Made by a program: the position numbers and the translations under genes
Origin: Pseudomonadota bacterium
Lineage (GTDB): Bacteria; Pseudomonadota; Gammaproteobacteria; JAJDOJ01
Direction: 5' to 3'
NCBI GenBank assembly: GCA_034722015.1
Contig: JAYENI010000088.1
Span: forward strand, 30,574 to 94,573
DNA: 64,000 bases
Shown here: positions 1-10,862 of the stretch, piece by piece
Position numbering within the stretch: the first letter of the stretch is position 1
How the letters are laid out: each line of letters opens with the position of its first letter
Notes under the pieces: generated by a model
Database searches by the model: none
What the model saw: the letters and a program-made list of their open reading frames with translations, nothing else
Told to the model about the DNA's origin: nothing

Positions 1-4
1 CTAC

Positions 5-1465
5 ATGGACTTTGTACTGTTTCCGACACAGTCGGCCGACGAGTTCTACATCCTCGCCGAACTGCCCAGCGGTTCGTCTCTCGAGCATACAGAGGAGAAG
101 CTGGCCGAGGTCGAGGCGATCGTGCAGGCGTTGCCCGCCGGGGAGCTGGATTCGATGGTGACCCGAGTGGGGACGCACGGACAGTTCAACCTGGGGGAAA
201 ACGAGAACTGGGCCATGGTCGGGGTCTACCTGACGCCCTTTGCGACCAGGAATCGCAACGCGGACGAGATTGTCGAGGCGCTGCGGGCGCGCGCCGCTGA
301 TCTAGAGGGGTTTGTCGGGCTCAAGTTCATCATCGACAGCGGCGGTCCTCCGGTAGGACGTCCGGTTACCCTGCGGGTGGTGGGAAGCGACGACGAGAAA
401 CGCAGTGACCTTGCCGACCTGTTGACGCAGCGCCTCGAGGACATGCCCGGCGTGAAGGATGTCGACCGGGACGACAAGACTGGAAAGCAGGAGATCCGGA
501 TCAATCTGGATTACACCCGACTCGCCGATCAGGGGATCAGTGTGGCAGACGTGGCCAGGAACATCCGCCTCTCATACGATGGCGAGATCGTGACCTCGGT
601 GCGTTACGGCGACGAGGACGTCGATTTCCGGGTGCAGCTGGACGAACAGGCCCGCCGATCAGCCGAAGGACTGGGCGAAATGATCGTCCCGACCCCGGAA
701 GACAGACTTGTTTACCTCTCCGAGGTGGCGACGTTCTCGGTGCAGCCCGGGCCGTCGAATTTCTATCACTTCGACAACGATCGCACCATCACCGTGACCG
801 CGGATGTGGTCAAGACGGTGACCACACCGCTCAAGGTGACCACGGATGTGATGCGGGGCATCGAGATGGACCGTGACTGGGAGGGCATGCGGGTTGTCGT
901 GGGCGGGGAGGCCGAGGAGACGCAGGATTCCATGGCGAGCCTGTTCGTTGCATTTCTGGCCGCCGCCGTCGGAATCTACCTGATTCTGCTGTTGCTGTTC
1001 AACTCGGCGGTTCAGCCGATACTGGTCATGTTCGCCGTACCCTTCGGTCTGGTGGGCGTCATCTTTGCGTTCGCCGTGCATCTCCAGCCACTGGGATTTC
1101 TGGCAATGCTCGGGGTCGTAGGCTTGACGGGCATCGTGGTGAACGATTCGCTGATCCTGGTGAATCTGCTGAACCGTTTGCGCCGGCAGCGCCCCGGGGA
1201 ACCCTTGAAGCAGCTGATCATCGAGGCGGCTTCGAACCGCCTGCGCCCGATCCTGTTGACTTCGGTGACGACCGTCGCGGGTCTGCTGCCGATGGCGTAC
1301 GGGCTCGGCGGGTCCGACCCGTTCTCGGCCCCCATGGCATTGGCGATGGGTTACGGAATCCTTTTCGCCACCCCATTGACCCTGTTGTTGCTGCCCTGTC
1401 TGCTGGTGCTGCATGAAGACGTGAGTGCACGTGCCGCGCGGCTATGGGCGGCACTGCACTGGTAG
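5..1465 (+). CDS. RND efflux transporter permease subunit (AcrB/HAE1-type), C-terminal portion; 5' end truncated by the window edge
   Basis: ORF continues from the window start; the translation has RND transmembrane-domain hallmarks (the FLAAAVGIYLILLLLFNS and LVNDSLILV helices, and the C-terminal GYGILFATPLTLLLLP). Confidence 0.85.
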   Translation: MDFVLFPTQSADEFYILAELPSGSSLEHTEEKLAEVEAIVQALPAGELDSMVTRVGTHGQFNLGENENWAMVGVYLTPFATRNRNADEIVEALRARAADLEGFVGLKFIIDSGGPPVGRPVTLRVVGSDDEKRSDLADLLTQRLEDMPGVKDVDRDDKTGKQEIRINLDYTRLADQGISVADVARNIRLSYDGEIVTSVRYGDEDVDFRVQLDEQARRSAEGLGEMIVPTPEDRLVYLSEVATFSVQPGPSNFYHFDNDRTITVTADVVKTVTTPLKVTTDVMRGIEMDRDWEGMRVVVGGEAEETQDSMASLFVAFLAAAVGIYLILLLLFNSAVQPILVMFAVPFGLVGVIFAFAVHLQPLGFLAMLGVVGLTGIVVNDSLILVNLLNRLRRQRPGEPLKQLIIEAASNRLRPILLTSVTTVAGLLPMAYGLGGSDPFSAPMALAMGYGILFATPLTLLLLPCLLVLHEDVSARAARLWAALHW

Positions 1466-1596
1466 TTGCCGCCCGTGAATTTCTGCGGATTCAGCTGACC
1501 GACAAGCAGACATTCATATCGCGGGTTTTTTTGCAATCGGGGCAGTGGTGTAATTCAATGTTGCTTCGTGCTCGTCGAGGTCGCAGGTGCTGAGGT

Positions 1597-2040
1597 ATGA
1601 GATATTTCGATAATTTGCTCCTTGTATTCGCCTTCTGGCTACTTGTATCCGACTGTTCCGCGGAATCACCCGAAATGGGCATAAATCCGGAGTATGAGGT
1701 CAGGCCCATCGGCTGGGTACGCAAGATCAACGGCAGGACCATCATCGAGGTGGACAGACAGTACCAGCCTGCCCTGCTGGGTGTGCAGGATCGCGAGGCC
1801 ATCTGGGTGCTGTACTGGTTCGACCGCAACGACACGCCGCAACGGCGGGCGATCCTTCAGGTGCACCCGCGTCGCAATCCGGAGAATCCGCTGCGCGGCG
1901 TATTCGCCACGCGTGCCCCGGTTCGGCCCAACCTCATCGGTCTGAGCCGCTGCCGGGTGCTCTCGGTTCACGATAACGTTATCGAAATCGACGACATCGA
2001 CGCCTTCGCCGACACACCGGTGCTGGACATCAAACCATGA
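1597..2040 (+). CDS. tsaA: tRNA-Thr(GGU) m6t6A37 methyltransferase TsaA (YaeB family, SAM-dependent)
   Basis: 147 aa; motifs RPIGWVR..IIEVD...LLGVQD..IWVLYWFD...RRNPENPLRGVFATRAPVRPNLIGLS are typical of YaeB/TsaA. Confidence 0.75.
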   Translation: MRYFDNLLLVFAFWLLVSDCSAESPEMGINPEYEVRPIGWVRKINGRTIIEVDRQYQPALLGVQDREAIWVLYWFDRNDTPQRRAILQVHPRRNPENPLRGVFATRAPVRPNLIGLSRCRVLSVHDNVIEIDDIDAFADTPVLDIKP

Positions 2041-2160
2041 CGCACGGTGAGAGTTCTGGAAATTGGTTGAAAGGCTCGTTGTTTGGCTCGGACCCTGTCA
2101 ACAATTCAAGCCAGACCGGGACATTCAAGCGCCCCAGGCTTGAGTGAATTTTTCGAAAGA

Positions 2161-3490
<1,330 letters not shown>

Positions 3491-3695
3491 TGACTGGCCT
3501 ATTCCGGGTTTGCATGGCTGCTTGACGGCCGCGACGCGGCAAAGCTATGTTGCCGGGGCGGCTGCTCGTCGACACGTGTCGTCATATCCCGGCCGCCGGC
3601 ACCGAATTATAACAACAGACGCTTCCCCGGAAGAGGCCGGACGTGGGTCTGCCGCCTGGTCCCCGATACCTTTTGTTGTCCAGCGAGGTCAGTTG

Positions 3696-3980
3696 ATGGT
3701 CGATTCGACGGAGACGGTCTGTGTGCGATGCCGCGTTACCGGGCGGGTCCAGGGCGTCTTTTTTCGCGCGTCCACCGTGGACAGGGCTCGGGGGCTGGGG
3801 CTGTCCGGCTATGCCCGGAATCTCGCCGACGGCAGCGTCGAGATCCATGCCTGCGGTCGTACCGATGCCGTGGAGGCCCTGAGGGCCTGGTTGTGGGAAG
3901 GTCCCCGGCACGCGCGCGTCGATGCGGTGGTGTGCGTGCCCGCCGAACCCGGGGAGCACAGTGGATTCGGCGTGAGATAA
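3696..3980 (+). CDS. acyP: acylphosphatase
   Basis: 94 aa beginning MVDSTETVCVRCRVTGRVQGVFFR (the acylphosphatase VxGxVQGVxFR signature); the track ORF has a non-homologous N-terminal extension. Confidence 0.8.
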   Translation: MVDSTETVCVRCRVTGRVQGVFFRASTVDRARGLGLSGYARNLADGSVEIHACGRTDAVEALRAWLWEGPRHARVDAVVCVPAEPGEHSGFGVR

Positions 3981-3985
3981 CCGGA

Positions 3986-4008
3986 CCCGGCGGCAGTCTG
4001 ATGCCGCC
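3986..4008. terminator. GC hairpin between convergent acyP and proS (cccggcggcag-tctga-tgccgcc)
   Basis: 7-bp perfect stem read directly; possible bidirectional terminator. No clear U-tract. Confidence 0.35.
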
Positions 4009-4059
4009 TTGACGGCCTTTCCGACGCCCCGGTCGGGCCATACCCTGGTGCGTATCCGG

Positions 4060-5772
4060 TCAGTTCGCTGCGAGTGCTGACCGCAGGTAGGGCACCAGTT
4101 CGTCCAGCGGAATATCGCGCGGTTTTTCATCCCTGCGCCCCTTGTATTCCGCCGTGCCCGAATCGAGCCCCCTTTCTCCCAGCACCACACGGTGAGGGAT
4201 ACCGATCAGTTCGAGGTCGGCGAACATGACGCCCGGCCGGATGTCCCTGTCGTCGAACAGTGTGTCGATTCCGGCCGCGAGCAATTCCCTGTAAAGGGCC
4301 TCGGCTGCAACGCGGGTTCGCTGTGACCGGCCCATGCTGATTGGCGCCAGTGCCACCTGGAAGGGTGCGACGGGAATGGGCCAGACGATGCCGCGATCGT
4401 CGTGGTTCTGCTCGATCGCCGCCGCAACGATGCGCGTGACACCGATGCCGTAGCAACCCATGATCATCTCCACGGCGCGCCCGCTTTCGTCCAGGGCGGT
4501 GGCGTTCATGGAATGGCTGTATTTCGAGCCGAGCTGGAAGATGTGCCCGACCTCGATCCCCCGAACAATGGATAGCACCCCCCGCCCGTCCGGGCCGGGG
4601 TCGCCGTCGACGACGTTTCGTATATCGACACTCTCGACCGCCGCCAGGTCGCGCCCCCAGTTGGCGCCGGCCAGATGCACTCCATCCCTGTTTGCGCCGC
4701 AGACGAAATCTGCGAGGCGGGCCGCAGCGTGGTCCACGAAGATCGGGATGTCCAGGCCGAGTGGGCCAATGGATCCGGGGCGGCAACCGCAGGCGGCGAG
4801 TACCGAAGATTCGTCGGCGAGTTCCAGCGGCGCGGCCACTCCGTCCAGCTTTTCGGCCTTGACGCGATTGAGTTCGTGATCGCCGCGAAGTACGAGCGCG
4901 ACGAGCGTATCGTTCTCTCCCTGAACGACGAGCGTCTTGACGCAACGCGATCCGGGTACGCCAAGAAACTCGCTGACCTCCGCAATCGAGTGGGCTCCGG
5001 GGGTTTCAACCTCACGCAATTCCTCACCCGGTGCCGCATGGGCAGCCCGCAGTGGTGTGACCGCGGCGAGTTCGACGTTGGCCGCATAATTACCTTCGGA
5101 GGAAAACGCAATGGCGTCCTCGCCCGAATCGGCAAGGACATGGAATTCGTGTGACGCGTTGCCGCCGATTGCCCCGGTGTCCGCCTGCACTGCCCGGTAG
5201 TCCAGACCGAGCCGGTCGAAGATGCGGCTGTAGGTGGCGTACATGACATCGTAGGTCTCGCTCAGGGAGTCCTGGTCCATGTGGAAGGAGTAGGCGTCCT
5301 TCATGATGAACTCGCGCGCCCGCATGACCCCGAATCTTGGTCTGACCTCGTCGCGGAACTTCGTCTGGATCTGGTAGAAATTGATCGGCAATTGCTTGTA
5401 GCTGCGGATCTCGCGCCGGGCAAGGTCGGTAATAACCTCTTCGTGCGTGGGTCCGTAGCAGAAATCCCGCCCGTGGCGGTCTTGCAGGCGCAGCAATTCG
5501 GGACCGTACATTTCCCAGCGGCCGGATTCGCGCCACAGTTCCGAGGGCTGGACCGCCGGCATCAGTACCTCGATGGCGCCACTGCGATCCATTTCTTCCC
5601 GAATAATGTTTTCGACCTTGCGCAGCACCCTCAGGCCCAGCGGCAACCAGGTGTAGAGACCGGTGGCCAGCTTGCGAATCATGCCGGCGCGAAGCATCAG
5701 TTTGTGACTGACGATCTCGGCGTCAGCCGGGGTTTCCTTGACGGTGGACAGCGGAAAACTGGACGTGCGCAT
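4060..5772 (-). CDS. proS: proline--tRNA ligase
   Basis: Near-colinear similarity to E. coli ProS starting at [19 protein letters not shown]; start codon placed at 5772 (forward-strand cat at 5770-5772), giving about 570 aa. Confidence 0.95.
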   Translation of the reverse strand: MRTSSFPLSTVKETPADAEIVSHKLMLRAGMIRKLATGLYTWLPLGLRVLRKVENIIREEMDRSGAIEVLMPAVQPSELWRESGRWEMYGPELLRLQDRHGRDFCYGPTHEEVITDLARREIRSYKQLPINFYQIQTKFRDEVRPRFGVMRAREFIMKDAYSFHMDQDSLSETYDVMYATYSRIFDRLGLDYRAVQADTGAIGGNASHEFHVLADSGEDAIAFSSEGNYAANVELAAVTPLRAAHAAPGEELREVETPGAHSIAEVSEFLGVPGSRCVKTLVVQGENDTLVALVLRGDHELNRVKAEKLDGVAAPLELADESSVLAACGCRPGSIGPLGLDIPIFVDHAAARLADFVCGANRDGVHLAGANWGRDLAAVESVDIRNVVDGDPGPDGRGVLSIVRGIEVGHIFQLGSKYSHSMNATALDESGRAVEMIMGCYGIGVTRIVAAAIEQNHDDRGIVWPIPVAPFQVALAPISMGRSQRTRVAAEALYRELLAAGIDTLFDDRDIRPGVMFADLELIGIPHRVVLGERGLDSGTAEYKGRRDEKPRDIPLDELVPYLRSALAAN

Positions 5773-5942
5773 GGATAATTTCCGTTTCTTCGGCGCGTCG
5801 TCAGGAAGTCCCTCTGCAAATGGCAGCGTCTTGCGCTGCATCCGACTCGCTCATTTGTTCAGGGATTTCCCGGCGGGCGGGGATCCGGGGACCCGTTTCG
5901 TTGATGATGGAGATGCGGTGGTCGGCCAGCGTCTTCGGGATC

Positions 5943-6287
5943 TCAGAAGGTGCGGCCGTCGTAGCCCCACATCTTCCGCGGTGCGTCCACAAACTCGATA
6001 TAGGTCCGGGCACGCGGGACGTTGAGGTACTGCTCAACCAGCTCGCACAGTGCTGCCGACAATCCCGCCGTCGCCTCTTCGGACAGTCCGATGCTGGCCA
6101 GGCGCAGCAGGGCCAGCGGTTCCTTGCTCCCGGCGAATATCATGTTCGGGTTCTGCGCCGCGCGCACCATGATATAGCCTTCGGGCTTCCCCAGTTTCTC
6201 CGAAGTCAGGCGCGATGCGGCTTCTAGAAGGCCCGGCATGGCCTTGTCGTCGATCTGCCGGTTGGTTTCTATGCTTAGCAGGGGCAT
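5943..6287 (-). CDS. MIF / tautomerase-superfamily protein (Pro-1 tautomerase)
   Basis: 114 aa beginning MPLLSIETN (Met-Pro N-terminus needed for the Pro-1 catalytic base); about 115-aa MIF-like length; the upstream extension in the track has no homology. Confidence 0.7.
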   Translation of the reverse strand: MPLLSIETNRQIDDKAMPGLLEAASRLTSEKLGKPEGYIMVRAAQNPNMIFAGSKEPLALLRLASIGLSEEATAGLSAALCELVEQYLNVPRARTYIEFVDAPRKMWGYDGRTF

Positions 6288-6554
6288 TGTTGGGATCTCG
6301 TCAATGGATTGGGCATGATCGGCTGCAGGGTGCACCAGCCTGCTGGACAGGTCTGTACCATGAGGGGACGCTTTGGCGGCGGGGAACCGGGTGTTTAGGC
6401 GATTGCCGGAAAATGACATACCGGATTGCGCAGGATTTTCGTTCGTCATCAAGGCGCGACAACGGGCGCATAGTCGAACTATGGAACGGTTGTCGCAACA
6501 CAGAAGACGGACGAAGAGACCAACAGGATGGTATGTCAATTGACAGAAATCGCC

Positions 6555-7001
6555 TTAGTCGCAGAAACTGCTGATATTCGCCTCGGCCTCTCGAATGAGT
6601 TCCTGGCGCTCCTCTTCCGGCAGGATCCTGTACTCGTCGCCTTCCTTCAACTTGACGCGTCCGCGGCTGGTGAGCCGGGTCAGCGATTGCCTTGAAAGAT
6701 CGCAGTTCTGTCGGCGGGCTTCGGCTTCGCGCTGTTGCCTCGCGTCACCGGCTTCGGTTTCCATTCGCTCCAGGCGACGGTCCTCGTAGGCCTCCATCTC
6801 CTGCAGCAGTCGGGGATCCGGCTGCCCCGCGTTAGGAGGCGCCCTTTCCGGTGTGATTTCCAGGGCATTCGCATCGGGAGGCGGTGTCTGGGTGTAGTGA
6901 ATCTGTCCCGATGCGTCCCGCCACTTGTACATCGCCGCTGATACTGTCACGGGCGCCAGGATGCATGCCGCGGCGAAAAAGAAAACGATCCGGTTCAACA
7001 T
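6555..7001 (-). CDS. DUF4124 secreted protein
   Basis: Signal-peptide-like N-terminus MLNRIVFFFAAACILAPVTVSAA followed by the MYKWRDASGQIHYTQTPPP motif characteristic of DUF4124; charged coiled-coil C-terminus. Confidence 0.65.
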   Translation of the reverse strand: MLNRIVFFFAAACILAPVTVSAAMYKWRDASGQIHYTQTPPPDANALEITPERAPPNAGQPDPRLLQEMEAYEDRRLERMETEAGDARQQREAEARRQNCDLSRQSLTRLTSRGRVKLKEGDEYRILPEEERQELIREAEANISSFCD

Positions 7002-7215
7002 AGATCCAGCAGCCAGAGTGAATGTCGCGGAACTATACAAGAATCCAGGTCCCGATACATCCGCGTGCCGGATTGTCCGCCCCCGGGGGTGTATGGGGAA
7101 GGACCCACGGGCGTAAACGATTTGCGGGCCGTGACAGGAATGGCAGGCGCGAGTTTGAGATACCGGAGTGATATAATATATTTATCGCTCCAGACACAGT
7201 CTTTATGAGAAACCC

Positions 7216-8151
7216 ATGGCCGACCGACGATTGCAGGTCTTCTACACGGTAGCCCGCCTGTTGAGCTTCACCAAGGCGGCGGAGACGCTGCACATGACCC
7301 AGCCGGCCGTCACGTTTCAGGTCAGGCAGCTGGAGGACCACTTCAATACGCGTTTGTTCGACCGTACGCACAATCGTGTCTCTCTGACGGAGGCGGGGCG
7401 TCAGGCCTACGAATACGCGGAAAAGATCTTCGAGCTGTACGGTGAGATGGAGAACGTGGTAAAGGAACTCACCGGGGATGTCAGTGGCGCATTGACGCTG
7501 GGCGCGAGTACCACCATCGCCGAGTACATGCTGCCCGCGCTACTCAAGGACTTCAAGGAACAATACCCGGACCTTAATCTCATCCTCAAGGTGTCCAATT
7601 CAGACGGCATCGTATCGATGGTCGAGAACAGCATGATCGATCTCGGCGTCGTGGAGTCCCCGGTCACGAACAAGAACCTGCTGGTCGATGTCTGCCGCAT
7701 CGACCACCTCGTGGTGGTCGTCAAACCCGGTCATCCACTGAGCGAACGTGAGTCGCTGACGATGGACGAGCTGTTGAAGTTTCCCTTTATCTGCCGGGAA
7801 GAGGGATCGGGCACCCGCGACGTCATCATGGAGTACCTGGAGCGGTCCGGCGTCAAGCGCAACGAGCTCATGGTCTGCATGGAACTGGGAAGTCCCGAAT
7901 CCATCAAGGGGGCGGTCGAGGCCGGTATGGGCGTATCGATCCTTTCCAGGGCGACTCTCGTCAAGGAGCTGGCGCTGGGGACCCTGGTGGCCCTCGACCT
8001 GGAGCCGCCGCTAGAGCGGGAATTCTCTTTCGTGCGCCAGCGGCAGAAATTCAGTCATCAGGCCATGGAAGAGCTGTTGAACCATGCGCGCAGGTACTGC
8101 CAGCGTGATGCAGACGCCGAAGCGGCGAAGCGCGCTGCCTCCCAGGGCTGA
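7216..8151 (+). CDS. LysR-family transcriptional regulator
   Basis: N-terminal HTH (LQVFYTVARLLSFTKAAETLHMTQPAVTFQVRQLE) plus a C-terminal substrate-binding domain; divergent from the DUF4124 gene with an AT-rich spacer. Confidence 0.85.
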   Translation: MADRRLQVFYTVARLLSFTKAAETLHMTQPAVTFQVRQLEDHFNTRLFDRTHNRVSLTEAGRQAYEYAEKIFELYGEMENVVKELTGDVSGALTLGASTTIAEYMLPALLKDFKEQYPDLNLILKVSNSDGIVSMVENSMIDLGVVESPVTNKNLLVDVCRIDHLVVVVKPGHPLSERESLTMDELLKFPFICREEGSGTRDVIMEYLERSGVKRNELMVCMELGSPESIKGAVEAGMGVSILSRATLVKELALGTLVALDLEPPLEREFSFVRQRQKFSHQAMEELLNHARRYCQRDADAEAAKRAASQG

Positions 8152-8304
8152 CGCCGGTCCGGCGTTCGCCCGCAGGGGCCCACCGTCGACGCCAGTGGGT
8201 CGGCGCCGCATCGGACCGACGCCCGGTACGGATCGCTCGTTGTCGGGTAAAATCCACCGGTAGCCGGCGCGTCCCGCCCGGAAATACCAGTCAGGTCATC
8301 CCAG

Positions 8305-8709
8305 ATGCTCGGAAACATGCAACCCCTGGACGGTTCCCTCATTCGGGACGCAGCAACGCGAAAGCTTGTGAGGAATTTCTCCAGGCTGTCCCCCGGTGAT
8401 CGCGAAACGGTGATCGCGTTCGTCGAGTTTCTCCTGCAGCGATCCGAGGAGGGGCCTTCGGACGATGCCGGGGACACGCCTGCGGCGGTACCGCTGGATA
8501 TCCCGCGGCCGGCGGTCGAATCCGTCGTGAAAGCCATCAAGCGGTTGTCGGCCACCTACCCGATGGTGGAAAAATCGGAAATGCTGAACGAGACATCGTC
8601 ACTGATGACGCAGCACCTCGTGCAGGGTCGCCGGGCGTCGGAGGTGATCGACGATCTCGAAGCGATGTTCAGCGCTCACTTCGAGGTGTGGAAGGAGAAG
8701 CGAGGGTGA
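8305..8709 (+). CDS. hypothetical protein (134 aa, acidic, no recognizable domain)
   Basis: ORF only; stop overlaps the next gene start (GTGA), which suggests translational coupling with the AI-2E transporter. Confidence 0.4.
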   Translation: MLGNMQPLDGSLIRDAATRKLVRNFSRLSPGDRETVIAFVEFLLQRSEEGPSDDAGDTPAAVPLDIPRPAVESVVKAIKRLSATYPMVEKSEMLNETSSLMTQHLVQGRRASEVIDDLEAMFSAHFEVWKEKRG

Positions 8710-9836
8710 TCGATCTCCTGCGAAACTGGTACAAGCGGCACTTCTCGGACCCGCAGGTCGCCATCCTTGCGTTCATCATCCTGTGCGGGCTGGCCGTCAT
8801 CGTGCTGGCGGGCGACATCCTCGCGCCCTTGCTGTTTGCCATCGTCATCGCCTATGTCCTCGACGGCGCCATCGACCAGTTCGTTCGACTGAAGGTGCCG
8901 CGACTTGCTGCGCTGGGTGTCGTGTTTGCGATGTTTCTCACCTTCCTCGTTTCACTGATTTTCGGCCTGCTGCCCATGCTTTTCAGGCAGAGCGCGCAGT
9001 TCTTCAGGGAAGTGCCGAACATGATCTCCCAGGGGCAGGCACTGCTGATGGAACTGCCGGAGCGTTACCCGAAAGTGATCTCGCAGGAGCAGGTCATCGA
9101 TCTGATCGGCGCATTGCGCAACGAGGTGTCGGAGGCGGGCCAATACGTGCTCTCCACTTCGATTTCGTCCGTTATGGGCATGATCTCGCTCATGGTGTAT
9201 CTGATCCTGGTGCCGCTGCTGGTCTTCTTCTTCCTGAAGGACAAGCAGAAGATACTCGACTGGGCGGCCGGCTTCCTGCCCGAAGAGCGTGGGCTGTCCG
9301 TCGCCGTTTGGGGGGAGGTCAACCGCAAGATCGCGAGCTACATCCGGGGCAAGATCGGAGAGATCATTGTCGTCTGGGGCGTGTCCTATGTAACCTTCAT
9401 GGTCCTGGGACTCGACTTCGCGATGCTGTTGTCCTTTCTGGTCGGGATTTCCGTTGTCGTGCCCTATGTCGGCGCGGCCATCGTGACGCTGCCGGTGGCG
9501 GTGGTGGCGTACTATCAGTGGGGATTCACCTCGGATTTTGCCTATACGCTGGTTGCCTACGGCGTGATTCAGTTCATCGATGGAAATTTACTGGTCCCCA
9601 TTCTGTTCTCGGAGGTGGTCAATCTTCACCCGGTCGCCATCATCACCGCAGTGCTCGTTTTCGGCGGGATCTGGGGTTTCTGGGGGGTGTTTTTCGCGAT
9701 ACCTCTGGCGACGCTGATTCATGCGGTGATCAACGTCTGGCCGGACCGCGGAAAGGCCAACGAAGCCAGTCCGGTCTCGGAGGTTTCGACCAGGGTGTCC
9801 GCCGGCCCCGGTACCGGCCGGAAGACGGGTAGCTGA
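8706..9836 (+). CDS. AI-2E family transporter (PerM/YhhT-like permease)
   Basis: About 376 aa polytopic membrane protein with AI-2E-like helices; start probably GTG at 8706. Confidence 0.8.
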   Translation: MIDLLRNWYKRHFSDPQVAILAFIILCGLAVIVLAGDILAPLLFAIVIAYVLDGAIDQFVRLKVPRLAALGVVFAMFLTFLVSLIFGLLPMLFRQSAQFFREVPNMISQGQALLMELPERYPKVISQEQVIDLIGALRNEVSEAGQYVLSTSISSVMGMISLMVYLILVPLLVFFFLKDKQKILDWAAGFLPEERGLSVAVWGEVNRKIASYIRGKIGEIIVVWGVSYVTFMVLGLDFAMLLSFLVGISVVVPYVGAAIVTLPVAVVAYYQWGFTSDFAYTLVAYGVIQFIDGNLLVPILFSEVVNLHPVAIITAVLVFGGIWGFWGVFFAIPLATLIHAVINVWPDRGKANEASPVSEVSTRVSAGPGTGRKTGS

Positions 9837-9912
9837 GCGGGGCCAGTTCCCAGGCGATTTGCGCCAACCGGTCCGCGTGACCGCATCGAAATCCAATCGG
9901 TCCCTGCGTGCC

Positions 9913-10818
9913 CTATGGGTTTTCGCGAACCCGCAGAAAGGAGGCGTGCCTGGGATTTCCGTTACCGGTCAGACCATAATACTTGAACGTGATGGTGGAA
10001 CCGACCGGGGGCGGGTCCCGGCGCTGTGCATCGGTGAAGCCGGTGCCGACGCGGATACGCCGGTTACGCCAATCCAGCAGCAGCGCGCCCATCATCCCCT
10101 CGAATTTGCCACTGCCCGGCAGGTGCGCTATGACAATGCCCTCATCGTCGAGGTACGGTTTGAGTTTGAGCAGGTCGGACGACCGGCCCGCTGCGTAGTA
10201 CGAGTCACCCCTGTGTAGCATCAGACCCTCGCCACCTTTGGCGGTGACCTCTTCGAGCATCCGCGCCAGCATTGCCTCGTCCAGGACCCTGGTTTGTGGC
10301 ACGGAACGAAGATACGGGGAATCTGCCTTTCCCACGATGCTTGCGAGGGTCTCAAGGCGTTCGTCGAAGGTGGTCCGGAAACCCGGCAGGTCGAACGCCA
10401 TGAAACGGATGCCGCGCCACTCCGATTCGACCGGTTTCATTCTTCGCACGGCGGCTGACAGGGCCTCGAATGTCCCCCTGCCCATCCAGAGTTCGCCGTC
10501 AAGCGCGATGGCGGGGAATCCTTCGGTGAACCAATCGGGTGAGGCGATTTCATGTCCATTGCGCGAGAGCAGCCGGTCACCGTCCCACAAGGCCCGTACC
10601 CCGTCGTACTTTTCGCTCACCCGGTATTCCCGAAGGTCGATGCCCTTCTCGTAGACCTCCGCCAGTAACAGGGGCGGCACGGGACTTGCGGGCAACGGGA
10701 TCGCGGCGGTGCTGGCCAACAGAAGAAATGTTACCAAGGGGCGCGTGCCGTATTTCGACGCGCTTCGCACCCTCGTGCCGCCACCGGCCAGAACGTTTTC
10801 CCGCCTTGCAGGTTTCAT
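9913..10818 (-). CDS. minimal ATP-dependent DNA ligase, Lig E type, with N-terminal signal peptide (predicted periplasmic)
   Basis: Motif I SEKYDGVRALWDG (KxDG adenylation lysine), motif III-like IALDGELW, motif IV EGLMLH, motif V LLKLKP; hydrophobic leader RPLVTFLLLASTAAIPLPA; about 300 aa with no extra domains. Confidence 0.8.
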   Translation of the reverse strand: MKPARRENVLAGGGTRVRSASKYGTRPLVTFLLLASTAAIPLPASPVPPLLLAEVYEKGIDLREYRVSEKYDGVRALWDGDRLLSRNGHEIASPDWFTEGFPAIALDGELWMGRGTFEALSAAVRRMKPVESEWRGIRFMAFDLPGFRTTFDERLETLASIVGKADSPYLRSVPQTRVLDEAMLARMLEEVTAKGGEGLMLHRGDSYYAAGRSSDLLKLKPYLDDEGIVIAHLPGSGKFEGMMGALLLDWRNRRIRVGTGFTDAQRRDPPPVGSTITFKYYGLTGNGNPRHASFLRVRENP

Positions 10819-10862
10819 GGCGTCGTTCGCGTCAGTTCACGGTCCGCGCCGGGCGGATGTCC

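Noticed and set aside
659-1454. Antisense ORFs inside the RND permease gene (659..1414, 1012..1335, 1218..1454, minus strand)
   Set aside because: They sit wholly inside a well-supported gene on the opposite strand, their translations are low-complexity (Q/R/G/P-rich), and they are typical high-GC artefacts. The same reasoning applies to 2030..2632, 2083..2649, 4127..4945, 10539..11462, 17097..18362, 20904..21962, 26522..28375, 31602..32993, 35038..36036, 42753..43658, 45611..46261 and 47137..48060.
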